A DNA stretch of 64,000 bases from an uncultured Gemmatimonadaceae bacterium (GCA_963751275.1 CAVVTZ010000009.1:480001-544000); one strand, 5' to 3'; positions 1 to 9,388 are shown, numbered from the stretch's first letter. Notes: generated by a model from the letters alone, not told the origin. Program-made: numbers and translations.

Positions 1-984
1 CGAGGGCGACACCGTCGCATCCGCCACCGACTGGAAGACGAGTGTGCGCGGGAATCCGCGCACCGGCCCCTGCGCTGACAGGCGTGAGAGCCGCGCCTCG
101 ATCTCCTGCGTGAGCTCATAGATCTGCTGTCCTGCGTTTACGGGGAACGACGCGTACTTGTACGGATCGTACTCGGGCGCGACGTCGAGCCAGGCGAGCT
201 TGCCGAGTCCCGGCAGCGCCGAGAGCCGCGACTGCCACTTCGCGAGGAAGGCGAGCTTGTCGACGCCGATCGCCGGCGAGAGCAGCACGAGGCCATCCAC
301 GCGCGGCAGGTCCGCGCCCTCGAGCCGCGCGAGCGCGTACTCCACCGAGAGTGCGGCGCCGGTGGAGAATCCCACGAGGTAGAGCGGCGCGCTCGCGCCG
401 ATCTTCTTCCGCACGTCACGCACCGCCATGCGTACTGCCGCGTCCCAATCCTGCCATCGCACGTTCTTGAGGGCCGCCGGCGCCGTGCCGTGCCCGGGCA
501 GCCGCAGCCCAACCACCCAGCAGCCGCGATCGTGCAAGCGGTCGCCGAGCGCGAGCAGGACGCGCGGCGAGTCGGTGAGTCCGTGCACCAGCACCGCCCC
601 GCAGCGCGGCTTGTCGATCGTGAGTTCGTACGTGCGGTTGCCATTCTCGGCGTACGACGTGGGATCCGACAGACTGCCGAGCGAGTAGCGGTTGAGCGTT
701 CGCCGGTCGGTCTCCGCAATGCGATCGTACACGTCGTGACGCAGTTCGCCGAACAGCCGCCCCTCGAGCGCGCGATACGCGTCGAGATCGCCCACGCGCG
801 TGCTGTCAGCGGCCGTGAATTCCTCGTCGAGCTGCGCCGTGTGCCACGGCTTGAGATCGGGAACGCGATGCACACCGAGCCACAGCGTGCCGGCGAAGAG
901 CATGACGATCGCACCGACGACGCCATAGGCAAGGAGCCGCAGCAGATGCGTCGCGAACGAGCGGATGACTTGTCGGCTGGCCAT
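1..984 (-). CDS. Alpha/beta hydrolase with N-terminal membrane anchor (runs off the window edge)
   Basis: Manual translation from ATG 984: hydrophobic N-terminus, LVHGLTDSP, GLRLPGHGT, nucleophile elbow VGFSTG, LVLLSPAIG. Not in the ORF track because there is no stop in the window. Confidence 0.85.
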   Translation of the reverse strand, partial: MASRQVIRSFATHLLRLLAYGVVGAIVMLFAGTLWLGVHRVPDLKPWHTAQLDEEFTAADSTRVGDLDAYRALEGRLFGELRHDVYDRIAETDRRTLNRYSLGSLSDPTSYAENGNRTYELTIDKPRCGAVLVHGLTDSPRVLLALGDRLHDRGCWVVGLRLPGHGTAPAALKNVRWQDWDAAVRMAVRDVRKKIGASAPLYLVGFSTGAALSVEYALARLEGADLPRVDGLVLLSPAIGVDKLAFLAKWQSRLSALPGLGKLAWLDVAPEYDPYKYASFPVNAGQQIYELTQEIEARLSRLSAQGPVRGFPRTLVFQSVADATVSPS

Positions 985-1040
985 GGGGCCGGAATATGCG
1001 CTGAAAGTTCAGCGCGCGCGATTCGCGCGGCGCGAGGGCA

Positions 1041-1135
1041 CCATCATGTCCATCATGTTCATCCTGTCAAAGCAGTTCGAGATCCTGATCCGGAACGACA
1101 CTACTTGAACAGGATGAACACGATGAACAAGATGG
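1041..1135. repeat. Imperfect inverted repeat of 9-bp-period CATCATGTTCATCCTGTCA units (REP-like)
   Basis: ccatcatgtccatcatgttcatcctgtcaa ... ttgaacaggatgaacacgatgaacaagatgg; same motif at 40979-41080. Confidence 0.75.
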
Positions 1136-1195
1136 AAGTGCGATCGCGAGCCGGAGGTAGTTCGAAGGTCGTACCATACGCCAACAACTAGACGC

Positions 1196-2044
1196 TTATC
1201 TGTCCGGGTCGACCATATCCTCGAACCGCAGCCACTTCTTGTAATAGTACAGATCGATGTACGTCGTCGGCCCCGTCCGGTTCTTGAGGATCGCGAGCTC
1301 CGTCGCTCCTTCGCTCCCGTACGCCGGGAAGTACAGCTCGTCGCGATAGAGTCCGAGCACCACGTCGGCCAATTGCTTCACCGCGCCCAGCGCGCCGAAA
1401 TCGTCGAGCACCGGCCGCATGTTCTCCCGCCCGGGCTTGAGCGCCGGCAAGTGCGACGTCACCAACAGCGCAACGCCGGAATTCACCGCGATGTCCTTGA
1501 GCCGCCGCACCGCGTGTGCGTGCTCCTCATCCTGCGCCAGCGCGCCGGTGGACACATGCTGCAGCGGATCGAGCACCACCAGCTCGACATGCTCGCTGCG
1601 CGCTACGCCCTTCGCGATCGCGTCGGGGCCGCCGCTCGGCATGCGCGCCACCTTCGGCAGCCGGTCGTGCATTCTGAGCGTGGCGGCGCCCACGCTCGCG
1701 CGCGTCTCATCGTCCATCTCGGCGCCGCGCAGCTGGTCGATGCTCGCGCGCCCCTCGATCGCGAGCGCCCGTTCCAGCACGCGCTCCGGCTCCATCTCCG
1801 CGCTGTAGAACTCCACCGCGCGCCCCGCCTCCGCCGCGCGCAGCGCGAACGCCAGCGCCAGCGCACTCTTGCCCACGCCCACGTCGCCGCCGAGCACCAC
1901 CAGGTCGCCGCGCCGCAGCCCGCCGCCCAGCAGCTTGTCGAGCGTCGGGAAACCGGAGGGCACCGTGCCTTCGGCGGGCGCGCCGTCGGCGACGGCGTCC
2001 GCCCGCTGCACCAGCTGTTTCAGTCGGGAGGGTCGGGGAGGCAT
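1196..2044 (-). CDS. DnaB-like helicase, C-terminal ATPase domain only
   Basis: GVPSGF-like start (TVPSGFPTLDKLLGGGLRRGDLVVL), Walker A GDVGVGKS, SAEM, VVLDPLQ, ADVVLGLYR, KNRTGP; only 282 aa. Confidence 0.85.
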   Translation of the reverse strand: MPPRPSRLKQLVQRADAVADGAPAEGTVPSGFPTLDKLLGGGLRRGDLVVLGGDVGVGKSALALAFALRAAEAGRAVEFYSAEMEPERVLERALAIEGRASIDQLRGAEMDDETRASVGAATLRMHDRLPKVARMPSGGPDAIAKGVARSEHVELVVLDPLQHVSTGALAQDEEHAHAVRRLKDIAVNSGVALLVTSHLPALKPGRENMRPVLDDFGALGAVKQLADVVLGLYRDELYFPAYGSEGATELAILKNRTGPTTYIDLYYYKKWLRFEDMVDPDR

Positions 2045-2050
2045 TTACGG

Positions 2051-2122
2051 ATTATAGATGGGGCGCCGGGTCGGGCAAGGGAGCCCGAGTCGTTGCTGAG
2101 CAAGGACGCGCACGGCTACATT
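2051..2122. promoter_or_regulatory. Divergent sigma70-type promoters for the dnaB-like gene and porX-like gene
   Basis: Minus strand TTGCCC-N16-TATAAT, 6 nt before ATG 2044; plus strand TTGCTG-N18-TACATT, 8 nt before ATG 2131. Confidence 0.55.
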
Positions 2123-2130
2123 CCGATACG

Positions 2131-3693
2131 ATGGCCCAACCCCTCAAGTCGGTGCTGTGGGTGGACGACGAGGCCGATCTCCTCGAGTCGCACCGCATCT
2201 ATCTGCGCGAGAAGGGCTTCGAGGTGGACGCCGCCACGAACGCCGATGACGCCGTCGAGATGCTTCGGCGGCGTCCTTATGGCATTGTCCTCCTCGACGA
2301 GCAGATGCCCGGCAAGCGCGGCCTCGAGGCCTATCGCGAGATCCGCGAGCTGGATCCGCTCCTGCCCATCGTGATGGTCACCAAGAGCGAGGAGGACGCG
2401 GTGCTCCGCGAGGCGATCGGCGTGGACGTGCGTGATTACCTCGTCAAGCCGATCAATCCGCGCCAGGTGCTCACGGTCATCACGCGTGTGTTGGAAGGCC
2501 CGCGCATCCGCGCGCAGGCGCTCTCGCGCGCGTTCGTCGAACGGTTCCGCGAGATCGAGCTCGAGCCCAAACTCACGCTCGACTGGCGCGGCTGGATCTC
2601 GCGCTATTCTGAACTCGCCGAGTGGGACATCGCGCTCGCGGACGCCAAAGAGCAGAGTCTGTACGACTCCCTGCAGGGACTCTATCCCGCGCTCCGCAAG
2701 GAATTCGCGAACTGGATGCGCGGCGAATATCCGCGCTGGCTCAAGAACCTGGAGAGCGACCGCCCGCCGCTCTCGGTGGATGTCGTGTCCGAGTTCCTGC
2801 TGCCCATTCTGGAGCGCTCGCGCGCTGCGGTCTTCGTCGTGATCGACTGCCTGCGTCTCGACCAGTGGATGACGCTCGCGCCGCTCCTCGCGCCGTGGTT
2901 CGATGTGGAGACCACGCACCATTTCTCGGTGCTCCCCACCGCCACGCCGTACTCGCGCAACGCGCTCTTCTCCGGGCTCTTTCCTGGCGAGATCGCCGCG
3001 CGCTTCCCCGACTGGTGGGGCGAGCGCGAGGACGAATCGCTCAACGCGCACGAGAAGCAGCTCCTCGAAGCGCACCTCGCCGAACTCAAGATCGACGTGC
3101 CGGTGCGCTACGATAAGATCTCGAGTGCGAATGACACCGCCGAGCTCGAGCGACGCGTGTCGGGCGCGATCGCGCACGAGGGCGTGAGCGCCTTCGTCTT
3201 CAATTTCGTGGACCTGCTCACGCACGGCCGCTCGGAGTCCGCGATCCTGCAGGAGGTCGCCAAGGACGAGATCGCCCTGCGCGCGCTTACGAAGCAGTGG
3301 TTCGAGCGGTCGGTGCTCTTCGCGCTCCTCAAGGAGGCCGCGCGCCGTCGCATCCCGGTGCTCGTCACGAGCGACCACGGCTCCATCCATTGTCACACGC
3401 CGGCCACGGTGTTCGCCAAGCGTGACGCCACCGCGAACCTCCGCTACAAGTTCGGCGAGGACCTGCGCGCCGAGCGCTCCGAGCACGCACTGCTCTTCGG
3501 GAACTCCGATGACCTGCGCCTCCCGCGGCGCGGACTCGGCGACAACACGCTGCTCGCCGTGGGCGACACCTTCTTCGTGTATCCCACCAAGCTGCGCGAG
3601 TATCAGTCGCGCTACCGCGGATCGTTCCTGCATGGCGGCGTGACGCCGGAGGAATGCATCCTGCCGGTGGCCCTGCTCACGCCCAAGAGCTGA
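2131..3693 (+). CDS. PorX-like response regulator (receiver plus PglZ/alkaline-phosphatase-family domain)
   Basis: REC motifs WVDDE, LLDEQMPG, YLVKP; PglZ motifs IDCLR, SVLPTATPYSRNALFSG, NFVDLLTH, TSDHG, FLHGGVTPEE. Confidence 0.88.
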   Translation: MAQPLKSVLWVDDEADLLESHRIYLREKGFEVDAATNADDAVEMLRRRPYGIVLLDEQMPGKRGLEAYREIRELDPLLPIVMVTKSEEDAVLREAIGVDVRDYLVKPINPRQVLTVITRVLEGPRIRAQALSRAFVERFREIELEPKLTLDWRGWISRYSELAEWDIALADAKEQSLYDSLQGLYPALRKEFANWMRGEYPRWLKNLESDRPPLSVDVVSEFLLPILERSRAAVFVVIDCLRLDQWMTLAPLLAPWFDVETTHHFSVLPTATPYSRNALFSGLFPGEIAARFPDWWGEREDESLNAHEKQLLEAHLAELKIDVPVRYDKISSANDTAELERRVSGAIAHEGVSAFVFNFVDLLTHGRSESAILQEVAKDEIALRALTKQWFERSVLFALLKEAARRRIPVLVTSDHGSIHCHTPATVFAKRDATANLRYKFGEDLRAERSEHALLFGNSDDLRLPRRGLGDNTLLAVGDTFFVYPTKLREYQSRYRGSFLHGGVTPEECILPVALLTPKS

Positions 3694-5522
3694 TGCGCGC
3701 GACACGATTCTATCCGCGCCTCATCAAGTTCCTGCGCCCGCACGGCTGGCGCATGGCGGGGAACATCATCTTTAATCTGATCGGCGCGGCGCTCGACGGT
3801 TATTCGTTCGCCCTGCTCATCCCCTTCCTGAACGCCTTGTTCAACCAGCCACCGCTCGTGGTCGGCCGCGGCTGGGTGAACAACTTCCTGCACTACACCA
3901 TCGGCGCATTGCTCGACCCCGACCACCCGATGACGTCGCTCCGCAACGTCATCGTCGTTCTGCTCGCCGTCGTCGCGGTCAAGAACATCTTCATCTGGCT
4001 CGCCAACGTCCTCGGGGCCGAGCTGCAGGAGTACGTCACGCGGGACATGCGCGACGCGGTGTACCACCATCTGGTCTCGCTCCCGATCCGGTATTTCACC
4101 AGCACCAAGGTCGGACAGATCCTCTCACGCGTGCTCAGCGATACGGAGCAGACCAAGGCGCTCGTCACCGAGGTCGTGACCAGGGCGGTGAATTCCGCCT
4201 CGCTCGTCATCGTGTACATCGCATACCTCCTCGGCATCTCGTGGCGGCTCACGCTCATCTCGCTCGTCATCGCGCCGCTCCTCACGCTGGTGCTCCAGCC
4301 GCTGCTGCGCCGGCTGCGCCACGGCTATCGCGTGCTGCGCAACGATCACGGCGAGATGATGAGCGTGTTGCAGGAGAGCGTCAGCGGCATCCGTCTCGTC
4401 AAGTCGTACGGCGCGGAGACCTACGAGGACGCGCGCTTCACCGGTGCCAGCTTCAAGTACTCGAGCGGCCTCGTGCGCATGGCGCGCATCTCGAACATCG
4501 CGCAGCCGCTCACGGAAGTGCTCGGGATGGTCATCGTCGCGGTGCTGCTCTGGATCGGGGCGCGCGAGGTGCTCATCGACAACTCACTCCAGGCGTCGCA
4601 GTTCATGGTGTTCATCGCCTTCGTGATGCGGCTGCTGCAGCCGATGAAGCAGCTCTCGCAGATCCCGGCCGTCGCGCAGAATTCCTTCGCGAGTGCCGAG
4701 CGCATCTTCCAGGTGCTGGATCATCCCACCGAGAAGGAACTCGACAAGGGCACTCGCGCGGTGGATGGCTTCCGCCAGTCCATCGTGTTCGACAACGTCT
4801 CGTTCGCGTACGACGACGAGCCGGTGCTCGGCAACATCCAGTTCGCCGCGAGGAAGGGCGACGTGATCGCGCTGGTCGGCGCGAGCGGGGCGGGGAAGAG
4901 CACGCTCGTCGATCTCATCCCGCGCTTCTACGATCCGACCAGCGGCCGGATCCTGCTCGATGGCGTGGACGTGCGCGAGATCACGCTCCCCTCGCTCCGG
5001 AACCTCACCGGGATCGTGAGCCAGGAGACGGTGATCTTCAACGAGAGCGTGCGCGCGAACATCGCGTACGGCCGCAGCGACCAGTACAGCGACGCGCAGG
5101 TCGAGGCGGCGGCGCGCGCGGCGAACGCGCACGCCTTCATCACCGAGATGCCCGACGGCTACGCGACCGCGCTCGGCGAACGCGGCGCGCGGCTGTCGGG
5201 CGGCCAGCGCCAGCGCATTGCGATCGCGCGCGCACTGCTCCTCGACCCGCCCATCCTCATCCTCGATGAGGCCACCAGTGCGCTCGACACCGAGAGCGAG
5301 CGGCTCGTGCAGGAAGCGATCGACCGCCTGCTCGAGGGCCGCACGGTGTTCGTGATCGCGCACCGCCTCTCCACGATCCAGCACGCCACCGAGATCCTCG
5401 TGCTCGACCGCGGCCGGGTCGTCGAGCGCGGCACGCACGACGAGCTGCTCGCGCTGCACGGCGCCTACCACCGGCTGCATGTGCTGCAGTTCGGCGACCG
5501 GGAGCGGGCCGTCCCTGTCTGA
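3693..5522 (+). CDS. msbA: MsbA-like ABC exporter (TMD plus NBD)
   Basis: [27 protein letters not shown]; multiple TM segments; ATG overlaps the porX stop (TGATG); adjacent to a lipid A acyltransferase. Confidence 0.8.
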   Translation: MRATRFYPRLIKFLRPHGWRMAGNIIFNLIGAALDGYSFALLIPFLNALFNQPPLVVGRGWVNNFLHYTIGALLDPDHPMTSLRNVIVVLLAVVAVKNIFIWLANVLGAELQEYVTRDMRDAVYHHLVSLPIRYFTSTKVGQILSRVLSDTEQTKALVTEVVTRAVNSASLVIVYIAYLLGISWRLTLISLVIAPLLTLVLQPLLRRLRHGYRVLRNDHGEMMSVLQESVSGIRLVKSYGAETYEDARFTGASFKYSSGLVRMARISNIAQPLTEVLGMVIVAVLLWIGAREVLIDNSLQASQFMVFIAFVMRLLQPMKQLSQIPAVAQNSFASAERIFQVLDHPTEKELDKGTRAVDGFRQSIVFDNVSFAYDDEPVLGNIQFAARKGDVIALVGASGAGKSTLVDLIPRFYDPTSGRILLDGVDVREITLPSLRNLTGIVSQETVIFNESVRANIAYGRSDQYSDAQVEAAARAANAHAFITEMPDGYATALGERGARLSGGQRQRIAIARALLLDPPILILDEATSALDTESERLVQEAIDRLLEGRTVFVIAHRLSTIQHATEILVLDRGRVVERGTHDELLALHGAYHRLHVLQFGDRERAVPV

Positions 5523-6450
5523 CGATCGGCGTCCCACCCCCGCGCACCGCCTGGAGTACGGCGCGCTGCGCGCGATGCTCGCGGTGTTCGGAGCGTTCCC
5601 CTGGCGGCTCTCCACCGCGGCCGCCGGCTTCATCGGACGACTCGGCTACTCGCCCTTCCGCATCCGCCGCCGCGTGGTGGAGCGCCAGGTCGCGGCCGCC
5701 TTTCCCGGGCTCTCCGAGCGCGATGTGTCGAAGATCGCGCGCGCGTCGTACGACAACCTCGGTCGCGTTGCCGTCGAGGCCGCGCACCTCTCGCGACTCG
5801 GACCCGAACAGATCCTCGCGCTCTTCAGCGAGGTAACGGGCTGGGACGCCGTGGAGCGCGCCCGCGCGCGGGGCAAGGGGATCGTCTTCCTCACCGGGCA
5901 TCTGGGCAATTGGGAGCTGGCCGGCGCGATCGTCGCCGCGCGCGGCATCGCCTTCGACGCGATCGCACGCCGCATGGGCAATCCGCTCTTCGACGCCTAC
6001 CTCACGCGCACGCGACTGCGGCTTGGCATGAACATCGTGCCCGATTCAGAAGCGGTGCGCCGCGTGCCGCGCACCCTGCGCGCCGGCGGCGCGGTCGCGT
6101 TCCTCGCGGACCAGTCGGGACTCAATCTCGCTTCCACGTTCGTGCCCTTCTTCGGCCGCCCCGCGAAGACGCCGCGCGGGCCCGCGGTGTTCGCGCTGCG
6201 CTTCGACGCGCCCGTGATCTTCGGCGTCGCCACGCATTTCCCGGACGGACTATTCCGAATGGCCTTCGAGGAGATCCCGGTGGCGCGCACCGGCGACCTC
6301 GAGCGCGACACCGACGCGCTGCTCGCGCGCTACTCCGAAGCGCTCGAGCGCCACGTGCGCCTCGCGCCCGGCCAATACTTCTGGCAGCACAAGCGGTGGA
6401 AACGGCAGCCCGACACCACGCCGCCGGAGCTGCTCGACCCCACGCTGTGA
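5515..6450 (+). CDS. Lipid A biosynthesis acyltransferase (LpxL/HtrB family); start uncertain
   Basis: TGHLGNWE, LADQ, VPFFGRPA, PGQYFWQHKRWK. Confidence 0.88.
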   Translation: MSDDRRPTPAHRLEYGALRAMLAVFGAFPWRLSTAAAGFIGRLGYSPFRIRRRVVERQVAAAFPGLSERDVSKIARASYDNLGRVAVEAAHLSRLGPEQILALFSEVTGWDAVERARARGKGIVFLTGHLGNWELAGAIVAARGIAFDAIARRMGNPLFDAYLTRTRLRLGMNIVPDSEAVRRVPRTLRAGGAVAFLADQSGLNLASTFVPFFGRPAKTPRGPAVFALRFDAPVIFGVATHFPDGLFRMAFEEIPVARTGDLERDTDALLARYSEALERHVRLAPGQYFWQHKRWKRQPDTTPPELLDPTL

Positions 6451-6711
6451 CCGCGCCGCGCGAGCCGCGGTCGCGCCATCGCGAGCGGTTCATCTCGGCA
6501 TCGGAGCTTGGCGAGTACGCCTATTGCCGCCGCGCCTGGTGGCTCCGCGCGGTGCGCGGCGCGCATTCGGAAGAGCAGGGCACGCGATTCGACGAGGGAC
6601 GCGCCGCGCACGAGCGCCATGGCTACGGTCTGGTCGCCGCGCGCTCGTTCGCCATCGTGGCGCGTGCTGCTCGCCGCCGCGGCCGCGCTCTGGTTCTGGT
6701 TCGCGCGATGA
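6447..6711 (+). CDS. Cas4-like N-terminal half (first Fe-S Cys) with C-terminal TM helix; probable 1-bp insertion near 6663
   Basis: ISASELGEYAYCRRAWWL...EGRAAHERH; the +1 frame gives AIVAVLLAAAAALWFWFAR* with TGA overlapping the next ATG. Confidence 0.7.
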
Positions 6712-7215
6712 TCATCGCTGCGATCGCGCTCGCCGCCGCGAGCCTGCTCGCGATCGCGAGCATCGTGCTCTACCGGCGCGCCGGCATCCGCGGCCGCATC
6801 ATCGCGAGCGACGGCCCCGTGTCGCGTCCGTCGCGCGTGCTGCGCTCGGCGCGCCACGGCATCTCCGGCAAACCCGACTACCTCGTGATCGAGAGTGGCC
6901 GCGTCGCGCCGGTCGAGGTGAAGCCCACGCGCGAGAGCGATCGGCCGTGGCTGCGCGACGTGGTCCAGCTCGCGGCGTACTGCCTGCTCGTCGAGGAGAC
7001 GCACGAGGACTTCGCAGGCTATGGCTATCTCCGCTACGCCAACCGTACCTTTCGCATCGACTTCACTGATTCCATGAGGGACGAAGTGCTCCGCACCGCG
7101 AACGAGATGCGCACCGACCTCGGCGCCGAGGACGTCGATGCGAACCACCGGCGACCCGCGTCGCTGCGCGCGGTGCGCACTCCGCACGCCCTGCGGCCGT
7201 CCGGTGACTGCATGA
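6708..7215 (+). CDS. Cas4-like PD-(D/E)XK nuclease C-terminal half with N-terminal TM helix; probable 1-bp insertion at 7161
   Basis: MIIAAIALAAASLLAIASIVLY, then GISGKPDYL, PVEVK, QLAAYCLLVEE; removing T7161 gives NHRRPARCARCALRTPCGRPVTA* (CxxC...C). Confidence 0.78.
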
Positions 7216-8361
7216 GCTACGACGTGACCGCGTTGCGCGCGCGCGAATATCCGTGGGCCGAGCGCGGCGACGCCATCTGATCCGAACAACGCATCCACCG
7301 GCGCGCTGCCGGCGCGCACCGTGCGCGCGACCGCCGATTTCCACGCGCTGCGCGCCGAGCCGTGGCGGCTCAGCGATGATGCGCAGTTCGCCATCCTCCG
7401 CCGCACCCGCGAGCTCGCCGCGACGCTCATCGGCGCTACTCCCGATGAGATCGCGTGCATGTCGAACACGACGTACGGCGTGAACATCGCCGCGCGCTGC
7501 CTGCCATTGAAGGCTGGCGACGTCGTGCTCACCTTCGACCGCGAATTCCCCGCGAACATTTATCCCTGGATGGCGCTCGCGAAGAAGGGCATCACGCTGA
7601 CGCGCATCCCCACGCGCGACAAGCTCCCCGACGAGGACGCCCTCATCGCCGCGCTCGACGGCAAGAACGTGAGCGTCGTCGCGATCGGCTGGGTGAACTT
7701 CGCCACCGGCTTCAAGGCCGATCTCGCGCGCATCGGCCGCGCCTGCCGCGAGCGCGGCATCTACTTCGTGGTCGACGCGATGCAGGGACTCGGCGCCGCC
7801 ACGCTCGACGCGCGCGCCTGCCACATCGATATCCTCGCATGCGGCGGCCAGAAGTGGCTGCTATCCCCGTGGGGATCGGGCTTCACCTATGTCCGTCGCG
7901 AGCTCGTGCAGCAGCTCGAGCCCGAGGCCGTCGGCTGGATGGCGATGCGCGCCTCCGAGGACTTCACGCGCCTCGTGGATTACGAATTCGCCTTCCACGA
8001 CGACGCGCGCCGCTTCGAGGTGATCACCCTCCCCTTCCAGGATTTCGCCGGCTTCAACGCGAGCCTCGAGATGATGATCGAGCTCGGCCTCAAGGACATC
8101 GAGGCGCACGACGCCGCGTTGGTTGGTCAGGCCGTCGCGTGGGCGCAGAGCCGGAAGGACATGAAGCTCGTGACGCCAGCGGATCCCGCGCGCCGGGCCG
8201 GCATCGTCTCGATCGCGCCGCCCGACCCCGCGGCGACGTCAGCGCGCCTCACGAAGGCGAAGATCATCCACTCGCTGCGCGAGGGCGCCATCCGGCTGTC
8301 GCCGCATTGCTACAACACGAGCGCGGAGATTTCGCGCGCGCTGGAAGTCCTGGGCGGCTAG
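7212..8361 (+). CDS. Class V PLP aminotransferase / cysteine desulfurase-like (indel near 7280)
   Basis: NNASTGALP, NTTYGVN, EFPANIYPW, VDAMQGLG, CGGQKWLLSPWGSGF, IRLSPHCYN. Confidence 0.88.
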
Positions 8362-8567
8362 GAACCGCCGACGGCGAGTGTGACACCGCGGACGGCGTCT
8401 GTGACACCGCTGACGGCGCCTGTGACGTGTGCGACGTGTGGCAACGACCGCGGCGCGTGTAGTTGCTACACGTCTCACAGGTCACAAGCGCCCCCAGCGG
8501 CGTCACACTCGCCGTCCGCGGTGTCACACTCGCGGTCGGCGGTGTCATACTCGCCGCCGGCGGTTCC
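8361..8567. repeat. About 207-bp palindromic element built from 21-bp units
   Basis: Left arm ggaaccgcc-(gacggcgagtgtgacaccgcg)x3; right arm is the reverse-complement array ending ggcggttcc. Confidence 0.8.
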
Positions 8568-8614
8568 AATCTCGCCGTTCAATCAGTGCCAGACGTTGCC
8601 GTCCGAACGCGCCG

Positions 8615-8875
8615 TCAGAGTTTGATCCGGAGCCATCTCCGCCCCACGTACACTCCACCCGCCAGCATCCCCGCCTGTCCGAAGAACTGCACCATCCCGA
8701 ACGGCGTCGGCCCGTACGGCCCGCCGCCCTTCTCCTCGATCGCGCGCTCCTTCAACGGCCAGCCGACGATCTTGATCGCGGCGAGCCAGATCAGCATCGA
8801 CACGCCGACGATCATCGCGCTGCGCGCGAATGCCTCGGGCCACGACGGCGCGAGCCGCACGCCGCCGCTACTCAT
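8615..8875 (-). CDS. Small membrane protein
   Basis: Two hydrophobic segments; overlaps the upstream gene's stop. Confidence 0.6.
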   Translation of the reverse strand: MSSGGVRLAPSWPEAFARSAMIVGVSMLIWLAAIKIVGWPLKERAIEEKGGGPYGPTPFGMVQFFGQAGMLAGGVYVGRRWLRIKL

Positions 8876-9344
8876 CGCTCGCCTCCTGCTCCTCGACGGT
8901 GAACGCGCGCTGCCGCAGCGCCGCCAGCACCCAGCCCCAGTTCATCGCGAGATGCAGCCCGATCGCCACGAACAGCACGTTCGATGTCGAGTCGTGCAAC
9001 TCGAACCAGTCCCCGTCGTAGATCGTCGGCATCCCAGCCCAGGGGAGCACCACGCGCGACACCATGATGCCCGAGACGATCACGAGCACCATCGCGAGGA
9101 ACAGCCCCACGTTGATCGCATAGTTGATCCGCGTGCGCACGCTGCCGTTCGCGAACAGGCGCCGCGCCTTCGAGATGATCCAGTGCCAAGAGAGCAGCAT
9201 ATGGAGGATGAGCGGCACCGCGATCGCGATGCCGAGCACTTCGTGCGCCGCGACGCCGGTGATCCGCGGCGACTGGATGAGCAGGAAGAGCAGCAATAGC
9301 AGAACGTCGAGCCAGAGCGCGAAGGCGGTGCGGGACATTGGCAT
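8868..9344 (-). CDS. DUF4405-like cytochrome b-type membrane protein
   Basis: Four TM helices with His pairs (HEVLG..LH..LSWHWI; LHDSTS..LHLAMNW). Confidence 0.75.
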   Translation of the reverse strand: MPMSRTAFALWLDVLLLLLFLLIQSPRITGVAAHEVLGIAIAVPLILHMLLSWHWIISKARRLFANGSVRTRINYAINVGLFLAMVLVIVSGIMVSRVVLPWAGMPTIYDGDWFELHDSTSNVLFVAIGLHLAMNWGWVLAALRQRAFTVEEQEASDE

Positions 9345-9388
9345 GGTGTCAATTTACGCACGAGGCGCGATTTCGTTTCGCATGGCGA

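Noticed and set aside
2131..3693. BREX defence system (PglZ)
   Set aside because: The PglZ domain is fused to a receiver domain (PorX type), and no brxC/pglX/brxL is nearby.
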